A DNA stretch of 64,000 nucleotides from Lepidodermella squamata (taxonomy: Eukaryota > Animalia > Gastrotricha): the NCBI GenBank assembly GCA_047495785.1, contig JBLDXI010000022.1, forward strand, positions 29,110 to 93,109, written 5' to 3'. The notes beneath the pieces were generated by a model. The model had not been told where the DNA came from. It saw only the letters and a program-made list of their open reading frames with translations, and ran no database searches. Of this stretch, positions 33,475 to 45,000 are shown one piece after another (within the stretch, counting starts at the first letter, position 1; the number at the start of each line of letters is the position of its first letter). Position numbers and translations under genes: made by a program.

Positions 33475-36245
33475 AACTTGGAGTTTGGAACGGCTTCGGC
33501 ATTGCCAATAGGCCGTACGAGTTTCAGTTAGCTGTAGATGAGTCAGAGTGCGAGGTTTTCTTCGGTGTAGAGTCGTGGTTCAAAGCAGCCACGCAGATAG
33601 AATTGCCTGGGTTCAAGTTGTTCACCTTCAACCAGGTGGTCGACGGAATCGAGGCGGGCAGACGGGGTTTAGCAGCCTGGGTGAAAGAGGGCCTTGATGT
33701 CGTCCGACAGCGGAACGGCACAGGCGAGAACGTAGAGTGGATGGCGTTAGATGTAGCATGCTCGGGTCAGGAGACGGTGACTTTTGTTACAGTCTACGTC
33801 CCTAACGGTGAGCGGGCCTTCGATGCAACATTCTTACGAGAACTGGCGTTGCACGGGCCGGTGGTGGTTTGTGGTGATTTCAACTGTCACCATAGGCGAC
33901 TGTGGGCAGGAGATAAGCGGGACAACGGGGCAGGTAGAGAAGTGCTCAGGCTTGTAGAGGATGGCTCGTTAGAGCTCATTAGCGCTGGGGCACCGACGCA
34001 CAAGCATGGCGGGCAGCTAGATCTATGGCTAGCTTCGCCGGACTTGGCCGGTCAGTTCGGTGTACCCGATGTGGGCGGGTGCTACGGCAGTGACCATAAC
34101 CTGGTTGCGGTCGATTTCGAACTTAGCGCGAGTCGTTCTCCCTATCCCAAGGTGAGGTTCGACTATAATAAGATGAACGAAGGATTCTACCAGGCAGTTG
34201 TTAAAGACAAGCTGCTGAAGATTCCGTTGCCTGCAAGGGCGAGTGTAGAAGAGGTACGTAGGTTCGATGGCGAAATCAATAAGGCCATGCAGGAGGCACG
34301 TGATAGATCAGTGCCAACGGTGTTAGCAAAACAGCTGAAAAAGTACAGGTCGACACCGCAGATGGCTGCGTTGATCGAGCGTCGACATAAAGCGTTGCGA
34401 CAGTACCGTTCTACGGGAAACCCTGTGTTTCAGGCCAGGGCGGACGCGTTCTATGCTCGATTCAAAGAGTTAGCAGCCTTAGCTGAAGAGCGCAAGCACA
34501 CGCGTAACCTTCAGCGGATGGAAAAGCGTAGAAGGGTAGACTCGGGGGCGTTCTTCCGGTCTTTTCGTGAGATCACAGCTGAGAGTGGGTCGGCACCAGG
34601 ACCAGCGATCCGCACCCTGACCAACGAGGCAGGTGAGCTGGTTGTCGGTGACGCGGCCAGAGCCGAGTTGTTCCGCGATCATTACAAGTCTCAGTTGAAC
34701 CCTAAGCCGAAAGTCGAGAGTGATCCAGAGATCAAGGCACATCATGCCGAGGTCGAAAGGATTGTTCAAGAGGATCGGGAGTTGTTTAACCCGATTGAGA
34801 CCAAGGAGATTGACGTGAAAGTCATGATCTCAAGGGCTGAGATGAGAAGCGCGGTTCGACGTTTGAAGCTCAAGGCTCCAGGCCGGGATGAGATTTCGAA
34901 CGTGCTCATCAAGAAGGGTGGGCCGGTACTTTGGGCGTATCTGCGCCATTTGTATAATTATAGCCTAGCTTGTGGGTTCGTGCCGGAGAGGTGGAAGTTG
35001 GCCGTTATCGTCCCGCTTCCGAGGTCAGGGAAGGACTTGTCGAAACCGTCAGGTTACCGTCCCGTGTCGCTTCTTCCGACAGTTGCGAAGCTGCTAGAGC
35101 TCATTTTGGCTACTAGGCTAGCTCTTCTTTTCAGGTCAAATAATATAATCCCTGATCATCAGTCTGGTTTTCAGATACGCCGATCGACGAGCGATCAAAC
35201 TTTCCGATTCTCGCAGGCCAGAGCGATGGCGCGGCGTCGTCGAACGAAGATGGTGATGATCGCGGCCCTGCTGGATTTCGAAGGCGCCTTCAACGCGGTG
35301 TGTCACAACTCGCTGCGCGTGAAGCTGCGAGACTGCGTCGCTGTTCCACGATCAATGGTGCGCTGGGTCTCGTCCTTCCTGACCGGCCGGACCTTTACGG
35401 TCAAGGTGAGTAGCTCCTTCAGTGAGACGGCAGATATCGGCTCAGGGGTTCCGCAAGGATCCTCATTGAGCCCTATACTCTTTGCCTTTTTCACAGCGGA
35501 CTTGATGCCGGACAACAACAGCGACGAGCGCAAGGCCTTCACCGCTTCGTTCGCTGACGACGTGCTCTTGTTCGCTGTGGCTTGCTACACGGGGATGGCG
35601 AAGCAGCGGGTGCAGACGGCGCTGACGCGGGTCTCTCGATGGAGCAGACTCTGGAAGTTGCCGCTTAGTCCGCCGAAGTGCCAAATGCTGCGGTTTGGCG
35701 GACAAGTCAACGACGACGACCGGCTGTTTGTGGGTGACGAGAAGCTGCCGAAGGTCGCTACGGCGAAGTACCTTGGTGTCACGTTTGACGCGATCGGGTC
35801 GTGGAAGCCGCATTTCGACAACATCGAGGCGGATGCGCGATCTCGACTTGGGGCTCTTCGCCGGGTCTGCTTTCCTGGTTCGCCGCTTGGCTTTGCCTCG
35901 CGGAAGTTGCTGTATCTGACGATCGTGAGACCGGTTCTAGAGTACTCTTGTGTGGCCTGGTTGGATGCGTCGTATGCGCAGAAAAAGCGCTTGATCGTGC
36001 TGCAGAACAACTGTTTGCGGGCGATCATCGGCTCGTCTATTCTGGACAAGCAGGACGAATCTGAGCTCTACCGCCTAACTGGAGTGGAGCCGCTGGAACG
36101 CCGCTGGCTGAAACTAGCAGTCGGCTTTGCTGATCGAGCTATGCAGTTCGTGCCACCAGTCGCCGCCATGATCGCCGATCATCGTCGAGAGTGGGGCGTG
36201 GCTGGTACCCCGCTCGGACAGTTCATCAATTTTGTGGGCCGTTAG
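33459..36245 (+). CDS. LINE B ORF2, AP-like endonuclease plus reverse transcriptase
   Basis: APE motifs VWNGFG, GVESW, VYVP, CGDFNCHH, LDLW, GSDH; RT motifs YRPVSLL, LLDFEGAFNAV, GVPQGSSLSPILF, FADD, KYLG. Overlaps ORF1 by 16 nt. Confidence 0.97.
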   Translation: MPRSVKLGVWNGFGIANRPYEFQLAVDESECEVFFGVESWFKAATQIELPGFKLFTFNQVVDGIEAGRRGLAAWVKEGLDVVRQRNGTGENVEWMALDVACSGQETVTFVTVYVPNGERAFDATFLRELALHGPVVVCGDFNCHHRRLWAGDKRDNGAGREVLRLVEDGSLELISAGAPTHKHGGQLDLWLASPDLAGQFGVPDVGGCYGSDHNLVAVDFELSASRSPYPKVRFDYNKMNEGFYQAVVKDKLLKIPLPARASVEEVRRFDGEINKAMQEARDRSVPTVLAKQLKKYRSTPQMAALIERRHKALRQYRSTGNPVFQARADAFYARFKELAALAEERKHTRNLQRMEKRRRVDSGAFFRSFREITAESGSAPGPAIRTLTNEAGELVVGDAARAELFRDHYKSQLNPKPKVESDPEIKAHHAEVERIVQEDRELFNPIETKEIDVKVMISRAEMRSAVRRLKLKAPGRDEISNVLIKKGGPVLWAYLRHLYNYSLACGFVPERWKLAVIVPLPRSGKDLSKPSGYRPVSLLPTVAKLLELILATRLALLFRSNNIIPDHQSGFQIRRSTSDQTFRFSQARAMARRRRTKMVMIAALLDFEGAFNAVCHNSLRVKLRDCVAVPRSMVRWVSSFLTGRTFTVKVSSSFSETADIGSGVPQGSSLSPILFAFFTADLMPDNNSDERKAFTASFADDVLLFAVACYTGMAKQRVQTALTRVSRWSRLWKLPLSPPKCQMLRFGGQVNDDDRLFVGDEKLPKVATAKYLGVTFDAIGSWKPHFDNIEADARSRLGALRRVCFPGSPLGFASRKLLYLTIVRPVLEYSCVAWLDASYAQKKRLIVLQNNCLRAIIGSSILDKQDESELYRLTGVEPLERRWLKLAVGFADRAMQFVPPVAAMIADHRREWGVAGTPLGQFINFVGR

Positions 36246-37264
36246 GCCTTGGCTATCTATGTATTTATATGAGCATCAGTCAGTTTTATACAGAAAATAA
36301 AACAACAAAAACCCATACACAATACACATATATACACAAAATAAAATAAAAAACAAAACCACATTAGCCCTGTGCCACGACTGTAAATGAGTGTGTGCGT
36401 TGTCATATATATTTCTTGTTTTTTATAAAAGATGAAACGCATAACATATGCTGTTATTGTTAATATTTGCTGCATTTGATATCATTGCTACTATTGTCGG
36501 TCAAAAGTTGTAAACAAGCGACCGTTTTTCCAATAAAACAAGACCGTTGGAAAAAAAATTAGTATCATCACCACTTCGTCTGCTGTCTATTAGAATGCGC
36601 GGCGTAAGCTTGCATTCTGTCAAGTGAAAAAATAAAGTAAACTGGTCGTAACTCTATTCGTGTTGTTATCGTCGCCAATGACCATGTGCATGTGGTATCA
36701 GATTCACATTATTGCCGCTGCGAGATGGTCGAAATGTTCTGTTTTGTTCTGTTTGAATAGCCAAGCAAGTCAGCTGTTAAGACCAGACCCTGCGCACAAC
36801 AATTTATTTCAGTGTTCAACTTTATTCCCGAGATGAAAGTTCTACGCGTCGTCAAACACATCTCGTGAGAGTGTAGGAATCTCGCTGTAACGAATGCCAC
36901 TCGTTTCGTAAACGTTTGCCCAATAAATTCGATCATGCCGCGGTTAGTCAAAGACCACTTATTGTTACAAATTTTATACGGGCACAAAATTTTATATTCT
37001 TCAAATAAATATCTGCGTATCGATTTTCGAATTCTAAGGTATGATCGCGTAACAGTTCTGCTTGGCAATTTGAGGGCGAATCTTAGGAATGCCCTCTTTA
37101 ATTTTAAATAAAAGAAATAAATGCGACTCAATTTCACGCTATTTATCATGGCCTGATTTGTATCAAATAATCATAAGTTCTTGGTGTAATTTTATTTTCT
37201 ATTACCGCGTCGCCAATGACCACGTGCATGTGGTTTAAGAATTGTTTCAAGTAGTAAGTTTTCG

Positions 37265-37383
37265 GCTTACGGCCATACCACGCGGAAAGCACCGGTTCCC
37301 GTCCGATCACCGAAGTTAAACCGCGTCGGGCCTAGCTAGTACTTGGTTGGGCGACCGCCTTGGAATCCTAGGTGCTGTAAGCT
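37265..37383 (+). rRNA. 5S rRNA (left of inversion centre)
   Basis: Copy of 11703-11821. Confidence 0.96.
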
Positions 37384-37615
37384 TTTTTATTTGCTGCAAA
37401 AGTACGTAAATTATTATTTTTTTGAAAAAATAAAGCCCAAGTCTTAGAAATTGAATAGCTGATTGTTATATTATTATTTTTCAATTAGTATAAAATAAAT
37501 TGAAAAAATAATAATAACAAATCGAATCAAATTTCTACAAGACTCGGACTTGGTATTTTTTCCATGTCAAATTTTAAAATTTTATGAAAAAATAAAGGCG
37601 GTACGTCTAAAGCGT

Positions 37616-37837
37616 ACCAAAGTTAAGTCAAGGGCTAAGTCTCAATAGATCGCAGATTTGCTCTGCTCTACGTACTTACAACACCCCGGCTGAAAATCAA
37701 GTCGTCTACAAGTAATTGGATGCCTAGTCGCTAACGCAAGGGCTATGCACAGCTGCTACGCGGCTCGATAGTCGATACCACGCAGCGTTGTCGTGCGTAA
37801 TGGCATATTCACCCGAAGGTGTATTTATGCCTTCTAG
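37616..37837 (-). pseudogene. Orphan 3'-terminal 28S fragment (left arm)
   Basis: Matches the last ~220 nt of 28S and stops at the fold-back junction. Confidence 0.9.
37709..37837. other. Centre of the array inversion: 126-bp non-palindromic spacer plus TAG microhomology junction
   Basis: Left arm ...GCCTTC-TAG joins TAG-ACGACTTG, the reverse complement of the sequence ending at 37708. Confidence 0.9.
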
Positions 37838-37927
37838 ACGACTTGATTTTCAGCCGGGGTGTTGTAAGTACGTAGAGCAGAGCAAATCTGCGATCTATTG
37901 AGACTTAGCCCTTGACTTAACTTTGGT
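37835..37927 (+). pseudogene. Orphan 3'-terminal 28S fragment (right arm)
   Basis: Matches 52558-52650. Confidence 0.9.
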
Positions 37928-38158
37928 ACGCTTTAGACGTACCGCCTTTATTTTTTCATAAAATTTTAAAATTTGACATGGAAAAAATACCAAGTCCGAG
38001 TCTTGTAGAAATTTGATTCGATTTGTTATTATTATTTTTTCAATTTATTTTATACTAATTGAAAAATAATAATATAACAATCAGCTATTCAATTTCTAAG
38101 ACTTGGGCTTTATTTTTCAAAAAAATAATAATTTACGTACTTTTGCAGCAAATAAAAA

Positions 38159-38277
38159 AGCTTACAGCACCTAGGATTCCAAGGCGGTCGCCCAACCAAG
38201 TACTAGCTAGGCCCGACGCGGTTTAACTTCGGTGATCGGACGGGAACCGGTGCTTTCCGCGTGGTATGGCCGTAAGC
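38159..38277 (-). rRNA. 5S rRNA (right of inversion centre)
   Basis: Reverse complement of the 5S gene. Confidence 0.96.
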
Positions 38278-39278
38278 CGAAAACTTACTACTTGAAACAA
38301 TTCTTAAACCACATGCACGTGGTCATTGGCGACGCGGTAATAGAAAATAAAATTACACCAAGAACTTATGATTATTTGATACAAATCAGGCCATGATAAA
38401 TAGCGTGAAATTGAGTCGCATTTATTTCTTTTATTTAAAATTAAAGAGGGCATTCCTAAGATTCGCCCTCAAATTGCCAAGCAGAACTGTTACGCGATCA
38501 TACCTTAGAATTCGAAAATCGATACGCAGATATTTATTTGAAGAATATAAAATTTTGTGCCCGTATAAAATTTGTAACAATAAGTGGTCTTTGACTAACC
38601 GCGGCATGATCGAATTTATTGGGCAAACGTTTACGAAACGAGTGGCATTCGTTACAGCGAGATTCCTACTGTCCTTGACGACGCGTAGAACTTTCATCTC
38701 GGGAATAAAGTTGAACACTGAAATAAATTGTTGTGCGCAGGGTCTGGTCTTAACAGCTGACTTGCTTGGCTATTCAAACAGAACATTTCGACCATCTCGC
38801 AGCGGCAATAATGTGAATCTGATACCACATGCACATGGTCATTGGCGACGATAACAACACGAATAGAGTTACGACCAGTTTACTTTATTTTTTCACTTGA
38901 CAGAATGCAAGCTTACGCCGCGCATTCTAATAGACAGCAGACGAAGTGGTGATGATACTAATTTTTTTTTTTCCAACGGTCTTGTTTTATTGGAAAAACG
39001 GTCGCTTGTTTACAACTTTTGACCGACAATAGTAGCAATGATATCAAATGCAGCAAATATTAACAATAACAGCATATGTTATGCGTTTCATCTTTTTATA
39101 AAAAACAAGAAATATATATGACAACGCACACACTCATTTACAGTCGTGGCACAGGGCTAATATGGTTTTGTTTTTTATTTTATTTTGTGTATATATGTGT
39201 ATTGTGTATGGGTTTTTGTTGTTTTATTTTCTGTATAAAACTGACTGATGCTCATATAAATACATAGATAGCCAAGGC

Positions 39279-42065
39279 CTAACGGCCCACAAAATTGATG
39301 AACTGTCCGAGCGGGGTACCAGCCACGCCCCACTCTCGACGATGATCGGCGATCATGGCGGCGACTGGTGGCACGAACTGCATAGCTCGATCAGCAAAGC
39401 CGACTGCTAGTTTCAGCCAGCGGCGTTCCAGCGGCTCCACTCCAGTTAGGCGGTAGAGCTCAGATTCGTCCTGCTTGTCCAGAATAGACGAGCCGATGAT
39501 CGCCCGCAAACAGTTGTTCTGCAGCACGATCAAGCGCTTTTTCTGCGCATACGACGCATCCAACCAGGCCACACAAGAGTACTCGAGAACCGGTCTTACG
39601 ATCGTCAGATACAGCAACTTCCGCGAGGCAAAGCCAAGCGGCGAACCAGGAAAGCAGACCCGGCGAAGAGCCCCAAGTCGAGATCGCGCATCCGCCTCGA
39701 TGTTGTCGAAATGCGGCTTCCACGACCCGATCGCGTCAAACGTGACACCAAGGTACTTCGCCGTTGCGACCTTCGGCAGCTTCTCGTCACCCACAAACAG
39801 CCGGTCGTCGTCGTTGACTTGTCCGCCAAACCGCAGCATTTGGCACTTCGGCGGACTAAGCGGCAACTTCCAGAGTCTGCTCCATCGAGAGACCCGCGTC
39901 AGCGCCGTCTGCACCCGCTGCTTCGCCATCCCCGTGTAGCAAGCCACAGCGAACAAGAGCACGTCGTCAGCGAACGAAGCGGTGAAGGCCTTGCGCTCGT
40001 CGCTGTTGTTGTCCGGCATCAAGTCCGCTGTGAAAAAGGCAAAGAGTATAGGGCTCAATGAGGATCCTTGCGGAACCCCTGAGCCGATATCTGCCGTCTC
40101 ACTGAAGGAGCTACTCACCTTGACCGTAAAGGTCCGGCCGGTCAGGAAGGACGAGACCCAGCGCACCATTGATCGTGGAACAGCGACGCAGTCTCGAAGC
40201 TTCACGCGCAGCGAGTTGTGACACACCGCGTTGAAGGCGCCTTCGAAATCCAGCAGGGCCGCGATCATCACCATCTTCGTTCGACGACGCCGCGCCATCG
40301 CTCTGGCCTGCGAGAATCGGAAAGTTTGATCGCTCGTCGATCGGCGTATCTGAAAACCAGACTGATGATCAGGGATTATATTATTTGACCTGAAAAGAAG
40401 AGCTAGCCTAGTAGCCAAAATGAGCTCTAGCAGCTTCGCAACTGTCGGAAGAAGCGACACGGGACGGTAACCTGACGGTTTCGACAAGTCCTTCCCTGAC
40501 CTCGGAAGCGGGACGATAACGGCCAACTTCCACCTCTCCGGCACGAACCCACAAGCTAGGCTATAATTGTACAAATGGCGCAGATACGCCCAAAGTACCG
40601 GCCCACCCTTCTTGATGAGCACGTTCGAAATCTCATCACGGCCTGGAGCCTTGAGCTTCAAACGTCGAACCGCGCTTCTCATCTCAGCCCTTGAGATCAT
40701 GACTTTCACGTCAATCTCCTTGGTCTCAATCGGGTTAAACAACTCCCGATCCTCTTGAACAATCCTTTCGACCTCGGCATGATGTGCCTTGATCTCTGGA
40801 TCATTCTCGACTTTCGGCTTAGGGTTCAACTGAGACTTGTAATGATCGCGGAACAACTCGGCTCTGGCCGCGTCACCGACAACCAGCTCACCTGCCTCGT
40901 TGGTCAGGGTGCGGATCGCTGGTCCTGGTGCCGACCCACTCTCAGCTGTGATCTCACGAAAAGACCGGAAGAACGCCCCCGAGTCTACCCTTCTACGCTT
41001 TTCCATCCGCTGAAGGTTACGCGTGTGCTTGCGCTCTTCAGCTAAGGCTGCTAACTCTTTGAATCGAGCATAGAACGCGTCCGCCCTGGCCTGAAACACA
41101 GGGTTTCCCGTAGAACGGTACTGTCGCAACGCTTTATGTCGACGCTCGATCAACGCAGCCATCTGCGGTGTCGACCTGTACTTTTTCAGCTGTTTTGCTA
41201 ACACCGTTGGCACTGATCTATCACGTGCCTCCTGCATGGCCTTATTGATTTCGCCATCGAACCTACGTACCTCTTCTACACTCGCCCTTGCAGGCAACGG
41301 AATCTTCAGCAGCTTGTCTTTAACAACTGCCTGGTAGAATCCTTCGTTCATCTTATTATAGTCGAACCTCACCTTGGGATAGGGAGAACGACTCGCGCTA
41401 AGTTCGAAATCGACCGCAACCAGGTTATGGTCACTGCCGTAGCACCCGCCCACATCGGGTACACCGAACTGACCGGCCAAGTCCGGCGAAGCTAGCCATA
41501 GATCTAGCTGCCCGCCATGCTTGTGCGTCGGTGCCCCAGCGCTAATGAGCTCTAACGAGCCATCCTCTACAAGCCTGAGCACTTCTCTACCTGCCCCGTT
41601 GTCCCGCTTATCTCCTGCCCACAGTCGCCTATGGTGACAGTTGAAATCACCACAAACCACCACCGGCCCGTGCAACGCCAGTTCTCGTAAGAATGTTGCA
41701 TCGAAGGCCCGCTCACCGTTAGGGACGTAGACTGTAACAAAAGTCACCGTCTCCTGACCCGAGCATGCTACATCTAACGCCATCCACTCTACGTTCTCGC
41801 CTGTGCCGTTCCGCTGTCGGACGACCTCAAGGCCCTCTTTCACCCAGGCTGCTAAACCCCGTCTGCCCGCCTCGATTCCGTCGACCACCTGGTTGAAGGT
41901 GAACAACTTGAACCCAGGCAACTCTATCTGCGTGGCTGCTTTGAACCACGACTCTACACCGAAGAAAACCTCGCACTCTGACTCATCTACAGCTAACTGA
42001 AACTCGTACGGCCTATTGGCAATGCCGAAGCCGTTCCAAACTCCAAGTTTTACTGATCTTGGCAT
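39279..42065 (-). CDS. LINE B ORF2 (copy 2), APE plus RT, intact
   Basis: 928 aa; only two amino-acid differences from copy 1 seen (LDVV/LEVV, ESDP/ENDP). Confidence 0.97.
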   Translation of the reverse strand: MPRSVKLGVWNGFGIANRPYEFQLAVDESECEVFFGVESWFKAATQIELPGFKLFTFNQVVDGIEAGRRGLAAWVKEGLEVVRQRNGTGENVEWMALDVACSGQETVTFVTVYVPNGERAFDATFLRELALHGPVVVCGDFNCHHRRLWAGDKRDNGAGREVLRLVEDGSLELISAGAPTHKHGGQLDLWLASPDLAGQFGVPDVGGCYGSDHNLVAVDFELSASRSPYPKVRFDYNKMNEGFYQAVVKDKLLKIPLPARASVEEVRRFDGEINKAMQEARDRSVPTVLAKQLKKYRSTPQMAALIERRHKALRQYRSTGNPVFQARADAFYARFKELAALAEERKHTRNLQRMEKRRRVDSGAFFRSFREITAESGSAPGPAIRTLTNEAGELVVGDAARAELFRDHYKSQLNPKPKVENDPEIKAHHAEVERIVQEDRELFNPIETKEIDVKVMISRAEMRSAVRRLKLKAPGRDEISNVLIKKGGPVLWAYLRHLYNYSLACGFVPERWKLAVIVPLPRSGKDLSKPSGYRPVSLLPTVAKLLELILATRLALLFRSNNIIPDHQSGFQIRRSTSDQTFRFSQARAMARRRRTKMVMIAALLDFEGAFNAVCHNSLRVKLRDCVAVPRSMVRWVSSFLTGRTFTVKVSSSFSETADIGSGVPQGSSLSPILFAFFTADLMPDNNSDERKAFTASFADDVLLFAVACYTGMAKQRVQTALTRVSRWSRLWKLPLSPPKCQMLRFGGQVNDDDRLFVGDEKLPKVATAKYLGVTFDAIGSWKPHFDNIEADARSRLGALRRVCFPGSPLGFASRKLLYLTIVRPVLEYSCVAWLDASYAQKKRLIVLQNNCLRAIIGSSILDKQDESELYRLTGVEPLERRWLKLAVGFADRAMQFVPPVAAMIADHRREWGVAGTPLGQFINFVGR

Positions 42066-45000
42066 GTTTGGATCGCCACAAAGTACTGTTGAGCTTTCTC
42101 AAATGCCAAGTCGAAGCTGAATTCTTGCATATCTGTCTGGCCCTGATATTTCATCACGGCCATTTTCGACAGAATTAAGCTTACTTGCGCCACAAATTTG
42201 GTTCCTGACGTTTCAGAAAAAATAACACTGGCCGCTGCAACTGCTGCGCGGCCCCACAAATCGTTCAAAAGCTCCTTTGAATTACTGTTCAACTCGCTGC
42301 CCGAACGGCCCTTGCCCTGACTGGCACGCAAGGAACCATCCTGGCGTCGCTCGTCCTGACTGGCACCCAAGCGACTGCTCGTTGACCCGCTATTGCTAAT
42401 ACTCGACACATCCATCACCGACTCTGCCTCGGACTCCGACTCGGACTCGGCCCCGGCTTCAACCTGCTCAACTACTGGTGCCTTCTTACCAGTCCCGGCA
42501 GCCTTCTTAGCCGCATTCCGCACCCGCCTTCGCCTGTTCTTCCGCTGACTTTTGGTCAACTGCTGTCCCGCTACTCGCTGGCTCGAACCCTGGGCTGGCT
42601 TGCCCGCCCCCGACCCTTGTGCTTTGGGTCCTTCGGTGGTTGACGAGGCCACCGGTTTCTCCACACGCTTTTCAGCGCGTTTTTCCGCCTCAGCCTTGGC
42701 CTTTGCCCTGATCGCCTCTGCTTCCGCTAGCTGCCTTCTCTTTTCTCTCGCTAAACCATCTCTTACATACTGCACGTACGGACATCCGGCGTAGTTGGTG
42801 GTGTGTTTCTGCGTGCAGTTGCGACACCGCATCGCTTCACATACCTTGGCCTTCGCCGCTTCGTCCGTCAGGCCTTGCTCAACGCAAGCCTTTTTCGCAA
42901 TTACCACCGGGCAAGCTTCGTCGCCCCTGAAGTGCTCACCGCTACAATCGGGGCAGGTTATCGTCTGGCTACACGACGTCCAGGAGTGGCCACTACCCTG
43001 GCACCGCTGGCAAATTTTCACCTGCGGGCTATAGTCTTTGACTTGCTGCACTCTGCTCGTCAACGCAAAGAAGCCGATATAACCATTTCTCAGTTGGGCG
43101 TCCGCTTCGTCCTTAGTTTTGAACTCAATAAGGTACGTGCTGTAGCCAGGCCTACCCTGCTTCAGCTTCACCACATAAACTGCTCCCAAATTCTCCTTAT
43201 AGTACTTTACTACATCCTCAACAGGCGCCGACGACGGTATGTCGATGGCTTTCACCTTGCGTTCCTCAAGCTTGAAGTCCGCTTGCACTTTCGGTTTTTC
43301 CCCAGATAAAGCCGCCGGAGGATGGGCGTTCGCGTTTGCCCCGAATGCCGGCCTTGACGGGTCTTTCCATGACGGGCTCTCGTAAAAGGCTTTCATAGAG
43401 GCCTCGTCGGCAAAAACAATCTGCCAACCGCCTTTCGGTTTCGGCAGCATCTTCACAACCCGGGCACTCGGTGCTATCCTGTGAACTTCTTGATTCATGA
43501 GATACTCGCTATTGAATCGTTGGCCATCGATTCGATCAACCATCGCGCTCAATTTCCAATTAATCGTCGGTTTGCCTCGCCAGTTGCCTGGTTTAGTGCC
43601 GCCCTGGTTCGCCGTCTGAACCGGTGGCTGTCGACGATTCTTCGCCGTCACAGTGATGAATTCTCCTTGACCCTCTTGGCTACCTCGGCTATCTTCCTCT
43701 ACTTTCTTCTGCTCTTTTCCTCTCGCCACCGGCTTCCTCGTCACAGTCTTTATCTCGGCCGCCGGTTTCGCCCCATCAGTCTTCAGAAACTTCGCTGCGG
43801 TCATGTCTGACGCGGAAACCGAAGATTCCATGCCAGTAAAGTCGGGCGCGTTACTAAGATTAACAAACATGCCATCATCACCGGCACGTCGCTTTCGCTC
43901 ACTGGTCGCGCCTTTCACCGAGCTTTGATCCATCGGCGTGTCTTCACCAGCCGTCAAATCTTGAACCATGTCCCTGACTTCACCTTGGTCTAGCGGCCGC
44001 TCGACAGTCTCACCAGCGCCTTCACCGTTCCATGCTGCTCGAATTCTATCCTCTTCTGCTCTCTGTCTCTCTTCGTTCTCATCTCGTCCGGCACCACCGC
44101 GCAACCGAAGAACCTCGAACAAATTCGACCTTTCTACGGACTCGCTACGCCTGACTTTATCGCTTAGATCAATTTTGCTATCATTTTTGTCAATTTTCAC
44201 GCGATTTTTTACAAGTTCGCGTTCACCTGGGTGAACAACAAACAGGAAACAGAAATGGCCGAGCGTCATGACCATATCACAAACCAACTCACACACAGCC
44301 GTCAAAAATCGAATCCTTACAACAGCGGTCGCGAGAAGCGCCGCACCGCTGAGGAAAACAACAGTGCATACCATCTTCCACAAAATCGCTCTAGCAGCGC
44401 TATCAAGTATACCCGCGCTGTACTGCGGGGCGTAAAAGCAGCTCAAAATAGAGAGAAATTCATGAGAGAATGCTAAGTCGCGGGAAATGCATCGTCCGCT
44501 AGGAGCGGTTTCTACTACTGTCGCCGCAGAAGGCTTCGGCAGTAACGACGGTCCCGAACACACCGAGCCAACAATGTCTAAGTCAACACTATCAATTCCG
44601 CTAGGAGCGGTTACTACTAGAGCCGCCGCAGAAGGCTTCGGCAGTAACGGCAATCTAACAAAAGCGTCACCGTTCATCAAAGCAGAAGGCCCTGATGAAC
44701 GAGCAAAATCAAAAGCAATTATCACACTATCGGACCGCGTTCCGCTAGGAGCGGTTACTACAACTGTCGCCGCAGAAGGCTTCGGCAGTAACGACGGTCC
44801 CGAACACACCGAGCCAACAATGTCTAAGTCAACACTATCAATTCCGCTAGGAGCGGTTACTACTAGAGCCGCCGCAGAAGGCTTCGGCAGTAACGGCAAT
44901 CTAACAAAAGCGTCACCGTTCATCAGAGCAGAAGGACCTGATGAACGGGCAAAATCAAAAGCAAATTCGGATCCACAAAGCCCAAAATAAATCCCGACTA

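Larger units (their letters stand above)
28357..36558 (+). mobile_element. Non-LTR retrotransposon family B, copy 1 (apparently full length), in the rDNA spacer
   Basis: Flanked by the direct repeat TTAGTATCATCACCACTTCG (28337-28356 and 36559-36578); AATAAA at 36532; A8 tail 36551-36558; two intact ORFs. Confidence 0.96.

Noticed and set aside
38393-38854. 153-aa spacer ORF (also 53117 and 61556)
   Set aside because: Frameshifted or truncated in the left-arm haplotype; no recognisable motif; AT-rich spacer.
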